Of a stretch of 64,000 bases of DNA, positions 35,225-42,926 are shown piece by piece (positions within the stretch are counted from its first letter, which is position 1; every line of letters starts with the position of its first letter). The notes beneath the pieces were generated by a model. It saw only the letters and a program-made list of their open reading frames with translations. It was not told the origin of the DNA and made no database searches. The translations under genes and the position numbers were made by a program. Location of the stretch: positions 2,870 to 66,869 of the forward strand of contig JBAZHB010000001.1 of the NCBI GenBank assembly GCA_041652535.1, in the 5' to 3' direction. The DNA comes from Candidatus Babeliales bacterium (GTDB lineage: Bacteria; Babelota; Babeliae; Babelales; RVW-14).

Positions 35225-35884
35225 TTAGGCTCGCCATACGCTGCTGAGTGGTAATTTTTGTATATCAGCCTTATTCAAGAAGCCTTTAATAGTTATCGTT
35301 TCTTGTGGTTTTATATGATGTCTTGTTGTGCCAACAAGTATGATTCCTGCTGAAAGAAGAATATTAAGGACACCGGGCGCAAATGCATCTTGCATAAAGT
35401 TTATAACTGGTGAACTATGTGAACTACAAATGTGTCTTCCGTCTTCAGTTGAACAACAATGAAAGCCGAATGCTGGAGCATCAATCTCCTTATAGGAAAG
35501 CGCGATATTCATAAGACTTTTTATACCTTCGGCAGGAATGGTGAGTAAGAATAACCCCAGGCATGAAATTCCGAGAATTTTGCAAAGTTTAGCTACTTTG
35601 TAGCGGAGCATATCAGCATTCCAGAGTGATACGTTACCGAGATAAGGAGCTCCGAGAATTACATCATGTTTTGTATTGTTGGCAATGGTTATTTCAACCG
35701 GCACTCTCTTGAATGTTTTCCAGGATGGTTGCCCTGTCTGTTTGACCGTGATGGTGAGTGGTGAAGACGGTTGTTGAGCAGGCGTCTCTGTCTTTGCAAC
35801 AGGTGCCGGAGTTGTAGCCGCCTGTAATCCAACGGTAGCAAGTACCAAAAGGCATGACATGAATACGTGTTTAATATGTGACAT
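35225..35884 (-). CDS. Small exported protein, family X (paralog of 35925-36569)
   Basis: 219 aa. Signal peptide MSHIKHVFMSCLLVLATVGLQAAT. Conserved block TVKQTGQPSWKTFKRVPVEITIANNT, plus an internal hydrophobic segment. Confidence 0.6.
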   Translation of the reverse strand: MSHIKHVFMSCLLVLATVGLQAATTPAPVAKTETPAQQPSSPLTITVKQTGQPSWKTFKRVPVEITIANNTKHDVILGAPYLGNVSLWNADMLRYKVAKLCKILGISCLGLFLLTIPAEGIKSLMNIALSYKEIDAPAFGFHCCSTEDGRHICSSHSSPVINFMQDAFAPGVLNILLSAGIILVGTTRHHIKPQETITIKGFLNKADIQKLPLSSVWRA

Positions 35885-35896
35885 AAAAATCCCCCA
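35815..35896 (-). repeat. 5' cassette B, copy 1 (RBS plus signal-peptide coding region)
   Basis: Aligns with 36501-36580 and 37121-37199, with shared strings such as ...CATGACATGAATA...GTGTTTAA..TGTGACATAA...CCCCCAAA. Confidence 0.8.
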
Positions 35897-35924
35897 AATA
35901 TTATTTGTATAAGATCCCTAAAAA

Positions 35925-36569
35925 TTAACTTTCAATAACAGCCGTTGGTGTTAGCCCATCACGAATTTTTTGCATGTTGCTGGTGCTGATAGAGCCTTGC
36001 ATGGTTATTCTTCCATGAGGTTGGAGAGATTTAGTAGGGAAGGTATGATTCTTGCTATGCATCACTAACAAAAATGCGATCAATGGTGTGTCAAGGGGAC
36101 CAAAAGGATCATATTCAAAAGGGATGAGACTTTTGCTACTACTAGTGTAGTTTAATCGCCCATCTGGTAGAGTTGCACAAGAAGTTTCAGCGATTAGTCC
36201 TGTCGCATCGAGCAATTTCTTTGTAAAGATTTCTAAAATTAGATATGTGTTGATGCTTATAAGTGCAGCACCAGTCAACCATGCAATTCGTGCAATGTAG
36301 CAACCAATTCTTTTGGCGTTCCATAGAGATATGTTTTTTAAATATGGCATAGCAAAATTAATTGTCTTGCCGGTATTATTGGTGACGGTTATTTCAACCG
36401 GCACTCTCTTGAATGTTTTCCAAGATGGAGTTCCAATTTGTTTAACGGTGACAGTGAAAGGCTTAGCCTCTTCTTGCGTGCTTGCAACAGATGCCGGTGT
36501 AGCCGCCTGTAATCCAACGGCAGCGATTGCCAAAAGACATGACATGAATAAGTGTTTAACGTGTGACAT
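35925..36569 (-). CDS. Small exported protein, family X
   Basis: Start at ATG 36569 (MSHVKHLFMSCLLAIAAVGLQAAT) after a GGGGG RBS. Block TVKQIGTPSWKTFKRVPVEITVTNNT. A 36-nt identical block (36387-36422) matches 35687-35722. Confidence 0.6.
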   Translation of the reverse strand: MSHVKHLFMSCLLAIAAVGLQAATPASVASTQEEAKPFTVTVKQIGTPSWKTFKRVPVEITVTNNTGKTINFAMPYLKNISLWNAKRIGCYIARIAWLTGAALISINTYLILEIFTKKLLDATGLIAETSCATLPDGRLNYTSSSKSLIPFEYDPFGPLDTPLIAFLLVMHSKNHTFPTKSLQPHGRITMQGSISTSNMQKIRDGLTPTAVIES

Positions 36570-36580
36570 AATAACCCCCA
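36501..36580 (-). repeat. 5' cassette B, copy 2
   Basis: GCCAAAAGACATGACATGAATAAGTGTTTAACGTGTGACATAATAACCCCCAAA is nearly identical to copy 3. Confidence 0.85.
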
Positions 36581-36627
36581 AAATATTTCTCTAAAATTAT
36601 GATATTACTAGTGACTCATTAAGAGCA

Positions 36628-37188
36628 CTAATTGGTCCAATGAGCTTGCGCTTTAGCAATTGCAGCCTCGACAAAGTTTTTAAGATCTAGAAGCCTATGC
36701 TCGTTGGCATAAGCAGAAATTTTGTCATAGCAGTGCCCGACATTTCTATACATAACATCTGTGCTTACGTAACGGGCAACCGGGTAAGCGCATTGCTGCG
36801 CTTCCTTAAAGAGCGCTTGTTCATAGGTATTCATGGAAGGAGGAACAGGTGAGTTACCCAAAAAGCTTTTTAATGCAGGAACGCAATAAGTACGCATCAC
36901 ATAGAAAGTTGCCATTGCTACGATAGCTGCTGTGGCGGCTATGAGCGGTGTTTTATGCACTTTGGCCCACTTTTTCATGTGCATTACTTTGCCCGAAACG
37001 AATTTTTTCATATGATGTGCTTGAGCCAATAAGCGAATTTTCCATGAAGATATAGCTGTTTGTGGTCCCCATAGCATTTCCCTTGTTTCTCCATGCGATA
37101 TTTCCCATGGTATAGACTCACCCGCATGTAACCCAATGGTAGCAAATGCCAAAAGACATGACATGAATAGATGTTTAACGTGTGACAT
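36628..37188 (-). CDS. Small exported single-TM protein, family Y (paralog of 37205-37951) carrying the family X leader
   Basis: Start at ATG 37188 (MSHVKHLFMSCLLAFATIGLHA). TM segment TPLIAATAAIVAMATFYVM. The C-terminal domain ...YPVARYVSTDV...HCYDKISAYANEHRLLDLKNFVEAAIAKAQAHW is shared with the next gene. Confidence 0.6.
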   Translation of the reverse strand: MSHVKHLFMSCLLAFATIGLHAGESIPWEISHGETREMLWGPQTAISSWKIRLLAQAHHMKKFVSGKVMHMKKWAKVHKTPLIAATAAIVAMATFYVMRTYCVPALKSFLGNSPVPPSMNTYEQALFKEAQQCAYPVARYVSTDVMYRNVGHCYDKISAYANEHRLLDLKNFVEAAIAKAQAHWTN

Positions 37189-37199
37189 AATAACCCCCA
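37121..37199 (-). repeat. 5' cassette B, copy 3 (attached to a non-homologous mature protein)
   Basis: GCCAAAAGACATGACATGAATAGATGTTTAACGTGTGACATAATAACCCCCAAA, with 2 mismatches to copy 2 over this stretch. Confidence 0.85.
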
Positions 37200-37204
37200 A
37201 ACTC

Positions 37205-37951
37205 TTAGATTTTATGATTTAAGAGTTTTGTATTTTTCAATCCCTTATAGAACTCTAAATCCCGCCAATATTTTTTTGCCGTTTCAACCGCAGCTTCTAT
37301 TCTATCTTGCAGGTGAGCAAGCCCATATTCTTGTGCGTATTTACTTATGGAGTTGTAACATGCTTGATAACCATCATGCAAACGTCGTAGGTGTTGATGC
37401 GAACATCCATTAAGTGAATAGTCGTATTCTTTCCCATTTAGCGAGTAAGGGAAGGAGTCGGTGCTGACTTTATATGCAGCATCAACAAAACAATGATCTG
37501 GGATGCGAGCGCATGTGTCGGCCACTGCAAGTAGTTCTTCTGGTGTAAGTAGCTTTTCTGGATTGGCGCATTGTGGATTTGTATAGTGATGCATGGTTGT
37601 GGTGGTTTCATTAGCAATTGTATTAAAGAATGTGGTAGCGGTTGATGGGGGTGCGGGGGTAACAGTGTTGAAAGCGTCAATCGGTTGTGCATGTAAAGGT
37701 GTTATCTGAGAAGTATGATAATAATAGAACGCTGCGGCTGCTACCACGGCTAACGCCATCCCCCCCATCAAAATTTCTTTCTTATGATGAGTAATCCAAC
37801 TTTTAATGCCAGTTACTTTATTAAGTAGACAAGTTTTGAAGGGGTTGGCAGCAACGGATTCTTGATGTATGGGTTGTTGATCCATACAAAAAGTCGTTTG
37901 ATGATGGAATATTAAAAGTGCACATGCACCTATAAGAATGTGTTTTTTCAT
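37205..37951 (-). CDS. Small exported single-TM protein, family Y
   Basis: 248 aa. Signal peptide MKKHILIGACALLIFHHQTTFC. TM segment GGMALAVVAAAAFYYY. C-terminal domain ...AAYKVSTDS...ACYNSISKYAQEYGLAHLQDRIEAAVETAKKYW. Confidence 0.6.
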   Translation of the reverse strand: MKKHILIGACALLIFHHQTTFCMDQQPIHQESVAANPFKTCLLNKVTGIKSWITHHKKEILMGGMALAVVAAAAFYYYHTSQITPLHAQPIDAFNTVTPAPPSTATTFFNTIANETTTTMHHYTNPQCANPEKLLTPEELLAVADTCARIPDHCFVDAAYKVSTDSFPYSLNGKEYDYSLNGCSHQHLRRLHDGYQACYNSISKYAQEYGLAHLQDRIEAAVETAKKYWRDLEFYKGLKNTKLLNHKI

Positions 37952-38156
37952 GAGCCCCCCTCGGAAAAAACTAATTACTTAAAGCATCCTCTAAGTCTAT
38001 AGAATCACGCCTGAAGCGCAAACGGGTGGTGTATATTCAAATAGGAAATAATTGCATAATGAGAGGCTTGATTATCATGATCACGGCTGCTTCGAATGCG
38101 GTGCCTTGCGTCGTGTATCGAGAAGGGCAGCGGCACGGCGGGACGAACGGGAGGCC

Positions 38157-40652
38157 TTATGCAGGGGTTGGTGATTGTTGTGGTGAAGACGGAGCTGGTT
38201 GCTCAAGCGGCTTTTTAGTCGATGGGACATTTTCAGTTGTAGCGACAGCTGCTTCAGATTCTTTTTGTTCCTGTTCTATCGCCTCTTCCTGTGCTTGTTT
38301 AAGCTCCGCATGCTTTGCTTGTTGTTCTTTAATAGCCTCGCCTACCTGATAATAAGGATCATCTTGAATGCTGACGCACTTTGGTTGGCGTTTGCCATAG
38401 GTGAAGTTATCAATAGGACGTAAAATACCGCGTGCAGCATCGTCGATGCGATTTTTGATATTTTGATTGGTTGGCTTAAAGAACCAGCGCTGAATTGGAT
38501 CGCGATCGTTAATGTACGCATCGCTTTTCATAATTTGAAGTTTGGCATAATCAAGTTTGAGCTGAGTATACTCATCAGGCTCGCCTTCAAAACGTGGCTT
38601 GATAACGCTTGGACGGATAAAGACATAGATATTTTGTTCGACTTTATCTTTTTCTTTGAATCTAAATAAATTTCCAATAAGGGGAATGTCGCCAAGAATT
38701 GGGGTTTTATATACCGTTTCAAGCTGATTGCTGGTAACAAAGCCCCCAAGGCCAATGACCTCGCCTGTTCCTATCGCTGCTTTTGTTTTGATTGTTCTAT
38801 TAAGGATGGTTTTGTCAGTTTGTGCTACCTGTGTGTCAACTTCTTTAAATTGATCGAGCTGAAGATCAATATCAAGCGTGATTGTTCCGATCAAATTAAT
38901 ATGAGGAGTAAGTTTAATATCAACGGTAGCAGGAAGATCGACGGTTTTGAGTACAGGAGTTGAGACGTTTTTACTAAAATCCATTCCTCCGGTGACACGT
39001 AATGTTTTTGAAACGAGCACTTCGCAGGTTTGATGGTTGTTAGCAATAACATAAGGTTGTGAGATAATTTGAGCGTTGGTTGCTTGCAATGAGGCAATTA
39101 AAACGCCCCAAATGTTATCGGGCGTTGTTTGTGTCCCTGCTGGTCCAAATGTTGCGGATGAAGGAAAGTATTGACCGGCTGCAAAATCTTTATTGATTTG
39201 CAGAAGCGAGGCATTTGGATTAGTTGTACCATCAATGTTGTTTCTAAATACCGGCATTCCCATGAGTTGTGCAAATCCAGCATTAATATTATGTCCAAGA
39301 GAATGCCCTTTGAGATTACGCATTTGAAAACCAAGCGCTTTTGATTGATTGAGATTAACTTCAACAATCATAACTTCAAGGGCGACCTGGGGTTGCGGTT
39401 TATCAAGCTTATCAATAAAAGATGATATACGTTTCCAATCTTCACGGTTGCAGGCAACGACAAGGCGGTTTCCGTTGCCGTGTTTTGCAGCATCACTTTC
39501 TCCGCTTGTATCTGTCTCTCCTTTAATAAAGACGTCCTCAAAAACCTTATAACCACCTTCCATGACAAGAGCCTTTTCAGCGGTAGTGCCACTTGGTGGT
39601 TGGATTATTTTTTGCAACACCGGTTCAAGGTCTTGGGCGCGTATGTAGCGAAGTTCTCTGACATGAAGACGTGATTCTGCGTTATCGATAGGAACATCGA
39701 TATATTTAGCAATGAAATTTTTGATTTTATCAACGTTTTTATATGCGCCAAGCAGGATAATGGAATTGGTAATTGGCTCCGATAGAACCTTGGTTCCTGT
39801 CGCAAAATAAGCAGCTTCTTTGGGCTGAAGCGCGGAGATTCTGATGACTCGCTGTTGATCAGTTGTTGACTCGGTTCCTAATACTTCATCAAAAAGCTTT
39901 TTGACGTTATCGGCACTTGCAAATTTGAGAGGAATGACCTCAATAGCCTCGCGTAAACCACCTTCATCAAGCTCTTTAACGATGCGCATGGCAGATTTAA
40001 TGTTGAAGCTTTGGTCTTTGATGATACAAAGATTGAGGTCTTTGTTTTCAGTGATGTTTTTATCTTCAATCATTTTTGCCAAAATGGAGTGCGCCGTTTC
40101 AGCTTTTATGTTTTTAAATACGTAGATGTACCGAATAACTTGATCGCTGTGAGGCAGATTTTCAGGTTGCGTCCCACTTTCTGATGAATACAACGGAAGC
40201 GGTTCTTGTCCATTATTTTGGCTTGGTACGACGTAATAAAGGTCGCGGTTGTCTTTGGGGTCGTGTTTTTTGAGCAGCGTAAAATTATTCATTTCAAGAA
40301 GCGTGAGCAGTACGTTCCATGCGCGATCGAGAGTTAAGGGATTATGGGTTGTCAGGCTTACCTTGATGCCCTCAAGATCTTTATTGGGGATAATATTAAT
40401 ATTTTTCTGTTGGCCTAAGCAATACAGAACAGATGAAAGAGATGCATTGTCAAAATTGATGTTTGCTTCATCCAGAGCTTCTTGGTTCTCTTGAGGAGAC
40501 GCAAATGAGCCTACCTGTAAATTCTGTTGTTGAGAATTTATGGATTGTGTTGTTGGGATTTTATTTTCGGTAGCCACATCGGCGCTGCAAAAATGTACCG
40601 AAGAAAAAGCTACGAAGAATAAAAAATAAAGGTGTCTTGAGACTTTTGCCAT
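38157..40652 (-). CDS. gspD: Secretin (GspD/PilQ family), copy 2
   Basis: 831 aa. Signal peptide. N0-like NINFDNASLSSVLYCLGQQKNINIIPNKDLEGIKVSL. Secretin core PQVALEVMIVEVNLN and TPILGDIPLIGNLFRFKEKD...IYVFIRPSVIKP, followed by a roughly 190-aa C-terminal extension. Confidence 0.9.
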   Translation of the reverse strand: MAKVSRHLYFLFFVAFSSVHFCSADVATENKIPTTQSINSQQQNLQVGSFASPQENQEALDEANINFDNASLSSVLYCLGQQKNINIIPNKDLEGIKVSLTTHNPLTLDRAWNVLLTLLEMNNFTLLKKHDPKDNRDLYYVVPSQNNGQEPLPLYSSESGTQPENLPHSDQVIRYIYVFKNIKAETAHSILAKMIEDKNITENKDLNLCIIKDQSFNIKSAMRIVKELDEGGLREAIEVIPLKFASADNVKKLFDEVLGTESTTDQQRVIRISALQPKEAAYFATGTKVLSEPITNSIILLGAYKNVDKIKNFIAKYIDVPIDNAESRLHVRELRYIRAQDLEPVLQKIIQPPSGTTAEKALVMEGGYKVFEDVFIKGETDTSGESDAAKHGNGNRLVVACNREDWKRISSFIDKLDKPQPQVALEVMIVEVNLNQSKALGFQMRNLKGHSLGHNINAGFAQLMGMPVFRNNIDGTTNPNASLLQINKDFAAGQYFPSSATFGPAGTQTTPDNIWGVLIASLQATNAQIISQPYVIANNHQTCEVLVSKTLRVTGGMDFSKNVSTPVLKTVDLPATVDIKLTPHINLIGTITLDIDLQLDQFKEVDTQVAQTDKTILNRTIKTKAAIGTGEVIGLGGFVTSNQLETVYKTPILGDIPLIGNLFRFKEKDKVEQNIYVFIRPSVIKPRFEGEPDEYTQLKLDYAKLQIMKSDAYINDRDPIQRWFFKPTNQNIKNRIDDAARGILRPIDNFTYGKRQPKCVSIQDDPYYQVGEAIKEQQAKHAELKQAQEEAIEQEQKESEAAVATTENVPSTKKPLEQPAPSSPQQSPTPA

Positions 40653-40655
40653 AAG

Positions 40656-41204
40656 CTAATCCACCGGTATTTTAAGTTTTTTTGATGCTAACGTGAGATC
40701 AAAAGTTATTTTTCTATCAGGTTGTGTTCGAATTCGTAATTCCTTAATAGTAACAATATCTTTTTGTGCAAGTGCTGAAAGAATAGCAATAAGATTTTTG
40801 GTTGTTTGATTTTTGAATGTTGCAGGAAGGATAACTTCGTCAAAACGATCATTAACCGGCTCTATATGCGGTTCCCAGCCTGCTTCGGGTGCAATATTTT
40901 GTTCCCGACAAAATTGTTCAAAAAAACTTGCCATCGAAAAGCCTTTATTCTTTTCGATAATGTCGCGAATATGTTGCTCTTCAAGCATCATCTTGCGATT
41001 TTGACCAATTATTGTTGCCGATTTTTCTGAAAGCTTGCCTAAATTAATAGTGTATTGAATAAGAGAAGCTTTCTTTTGGTGAATAATATAAATAAAAAGT
41101 CCCGTAGCAAGCGCAATGCCACCGATTGATAAAAGAAGATATTGTTGAAATTTTTTGCGTGGTAGATCTTGAAGATAGGTAGCAAATTTATTTATTGCAT
41201 CCAT
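40656..41204 (-). CDS. GspM/PilO-like bitopic inner-membrane assembly-platform protein
   Basis: 182 aa. Short cytoplasmic N-terminus, one TM (YLLLSIGGIALATGLFIYII), a coiled segment and a roughly 100-aa C-terminal domain. It sits between the GspL-like gene and a secretin with 3-nt gaps on both sides. Confidence 0.55.
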   Translation of the reverse strand: MDAINKFATYLQDLPRKKFQQYLLLSIGGIALATGLFIYIIHQKKASLIQYTINLGKLSEKSATIIGQNRKMMLEEQHIRDIIEKNKGFSMASFFEQFCREQNIAPEAGWEPHIEPVNDRFDEVILPATFKNQTTKNLIAILSALAQKDIVTIKELRIRTQPDRKITFDLTLASKKLKIPVD

Positions 41205-41207
41205 AAT

Positions 41208-42926
41208 TTAAACTTCTTTTAGTATCAATTTTGCCGTGAAATCAACACCACCATCGGGAGCAGGTGTTGGCTCAATTGCTTCAACAAGTCTGAGTAAATT
41301 TGATTCCTTAAAACGACTTTCAAAAGGGGCAAACGCTGTAAAATGATCCCCATTTTTGGATTTAAAGAGAGCATCGATTTCAATTTTTGGTGTTCCGATA
41401 TCCGATTTATCAGCATCGTTTTCAGTACGGCCCCATTGTTTTTCTAAAGTGGTAAAGGTTGCTTCTTTGATGGTTACATCAAACTGTTTTTTATCAATAA
41501 TGCGGGTGATTTCAAGAAGAAGCTCAAGCGGTTCCATTGGCTTTTGAATGAGGGGGGCCCATGTTTCATATTTTTGTTGTACCACGCGTTCTGCTTCCTT
41601 GATGACCCCAACAAAAGTGCTCTTTGAAGCGATTTGGGCTGCTGTTAAAATATTATCGCTGCGTAATCGTTCAATTTCTTTGGTTTCGAATGCATTTATA
41701 CGCGAGGAGAGGCGAGCAATATCTAGATAGCCATTGATACCAATTGCAGTAAATAATGCGATTGCTAATATGCCGGCAGTTACAATTTGTTGAGAGGCCA
41801 GATTTTTGTGGCGGAAAGCAAATTGCTTACGACGGAGATCAAAATTTTGTTGATCTGGCGATGGAAGCGCAACGCCGAGCGCTGTTGAAAATTGCGCCCA
41901 ATTACTTATCTGTTCACTAATTTTGTCTTTAAATGTTGATCCTGCAAAAAGCTTTCTGCAGTTAAAAAATTCACACGGTATCTGCATGGTGTCACTGCAA
42001 AAGGTCATGAGATCGGGAATCTGGTTCCCTTGGCCGGTAAAAAGAACTTTACTAACGCCATCATAAAATCCGAGTTTAAGACTAAACGAATTAAGCGTGA
42101 ATTGTATCTCATTTAAGAGAAGAACAAAGTGCTTTTGTACAATACGCGTAAGCGTTTCATCGCCAAGTGATCGTATGCCGCTGGACGTTAATTTTTTAAG
42201 AATTTCTTCTGGTGATACTAATGTTTCTTCGCCAATCAGTTTAAGAACCGTTGTAAGGCCTCGTGGAATGTATCGCGTAAGACGTAATTGCCCCTCTTGT
42301 ACTAATGCGATGCGTGTAGTGTGTGCATCAAATTCAACTAAGGCGCTTGCATTGGGAAGTGTGCGATATTCAGGAATTTGTTGATATAAACTGTACAGCG
42401 CAAAAAGATCAATGGTGATTGCTGAAGGATCGATACCGGCCTTTTCATAAATCGAAAGATGCGTTTGAAGATCTTGCGTTCTTACTGCGGCAACCAAAAT
42501 TTGTGTTGTTTTTTGATCGGATTGTTTCTTGGTGATAATGAAGTCAACAATTGCTTCGTTAATAGAAAAGGGGAGCATTGTTTCAATTTCATAATCAAGA
42601 ACCATGCGAATTTTTTCAGGATCGCTGAATTGTAGTTGAAGCTCTTTAAATACAACGATTGAAGCAGGAATGCAGGCGCGGATAAGGTCATAAGATTTTA
42701 TACCGGACATCATTTGTTTAAGGGCTTGCGCAGTACGATCGGCAAGATCTTGTTCGCTGCCAGGTACAAGAGGTTCTTGTTTCAGATGTTCAACAACATT
42801 TTTGCCATGTTTGGCGTGAACGAGCGCAAGCGTAACATGCGTATCATGACATGCGATACCAATAACACGTTGTGCAAGAATTCTGTGCGTCCCAAGCATT
42901 TCAGGTAAAAATATTTCCTTTATCAT
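41208..42926 (-). CDS. PilM-PilN fusion / GspL-like assembly-platform protein
   Basis: 572 aa. The roughly 380-aa cytoplasmic domain has actin-like/PilM-type character (VIGIACHDTHVTLALV..., AITIDLFALYSLY, ALVEFDAHTTRIALV). One TM (IVTAGILAIALFTAIGINGYL) and a roughly 170-aa periplasmic domain. It has an ATGA overlap with secretin 1. Confidence 0.65.
   Translation of the reverse strand: MIKEIFLPEMLGTHRILAQRVIGIACHDTHVTLALVHAKHGKNVVEHLKQEPLVPGSEQDLADRTAQALKQMMSGIKSYDLIRACIPASIVVFKELQLQFSDPEKIRMVLDYEIETMLPFSINEAIVDFIITKKQSDQKTTQILVAAVRTQDLQTHLSIYEKAGIDPSAITIDLFALYSLYQQIPEYRTLPNASALVEFDAHTTRIALVQEGQLRLTRYIPRGLTTVLKLIGEETLVSPEEILKKLTSSGIRSLGDETLTRIVQKHFVLLLNEIQFTLNSFSLKLGFYDGVSKVLFTGQGNQIPDLMTFCSDTMQIPCEFFNCRKLFAGSTFKDKISEQISNWAQFSTALGVALPSPDQQNFDLRRKQFAFRHKNLASQQIVTAGILAIALFTAIGINGYLDIARLSSRINAFETKEIERLRSDNILTAAQIASKSTFVGVIKEAERVVQQKYETWAPLIQKPMEPLELLLEITRIIDKKQFDVTIKEATFTTLEKQWGRTENDADKSDIGTPKIEIDALFKSKNGDHFTAFAPFESRFKESNLLRLVEAIEPTPAPDGGVDFTAKLILKEV

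Noticed and set aside
38026-38349. 107-aa Cys/Gly/Ala-rich plus-strand ORF and a locally GC-richer patch (about 38080-38160) just beyond the 3' end of secretin 2
   Set aside because: The ORF is mostly antisense to the P/Q/E-rich tail of the secretin, with low-complexity translation and no RBS. I could not fold the GC-rich patch into a convincing terminator or riboswitch by eye, so no feature is called.
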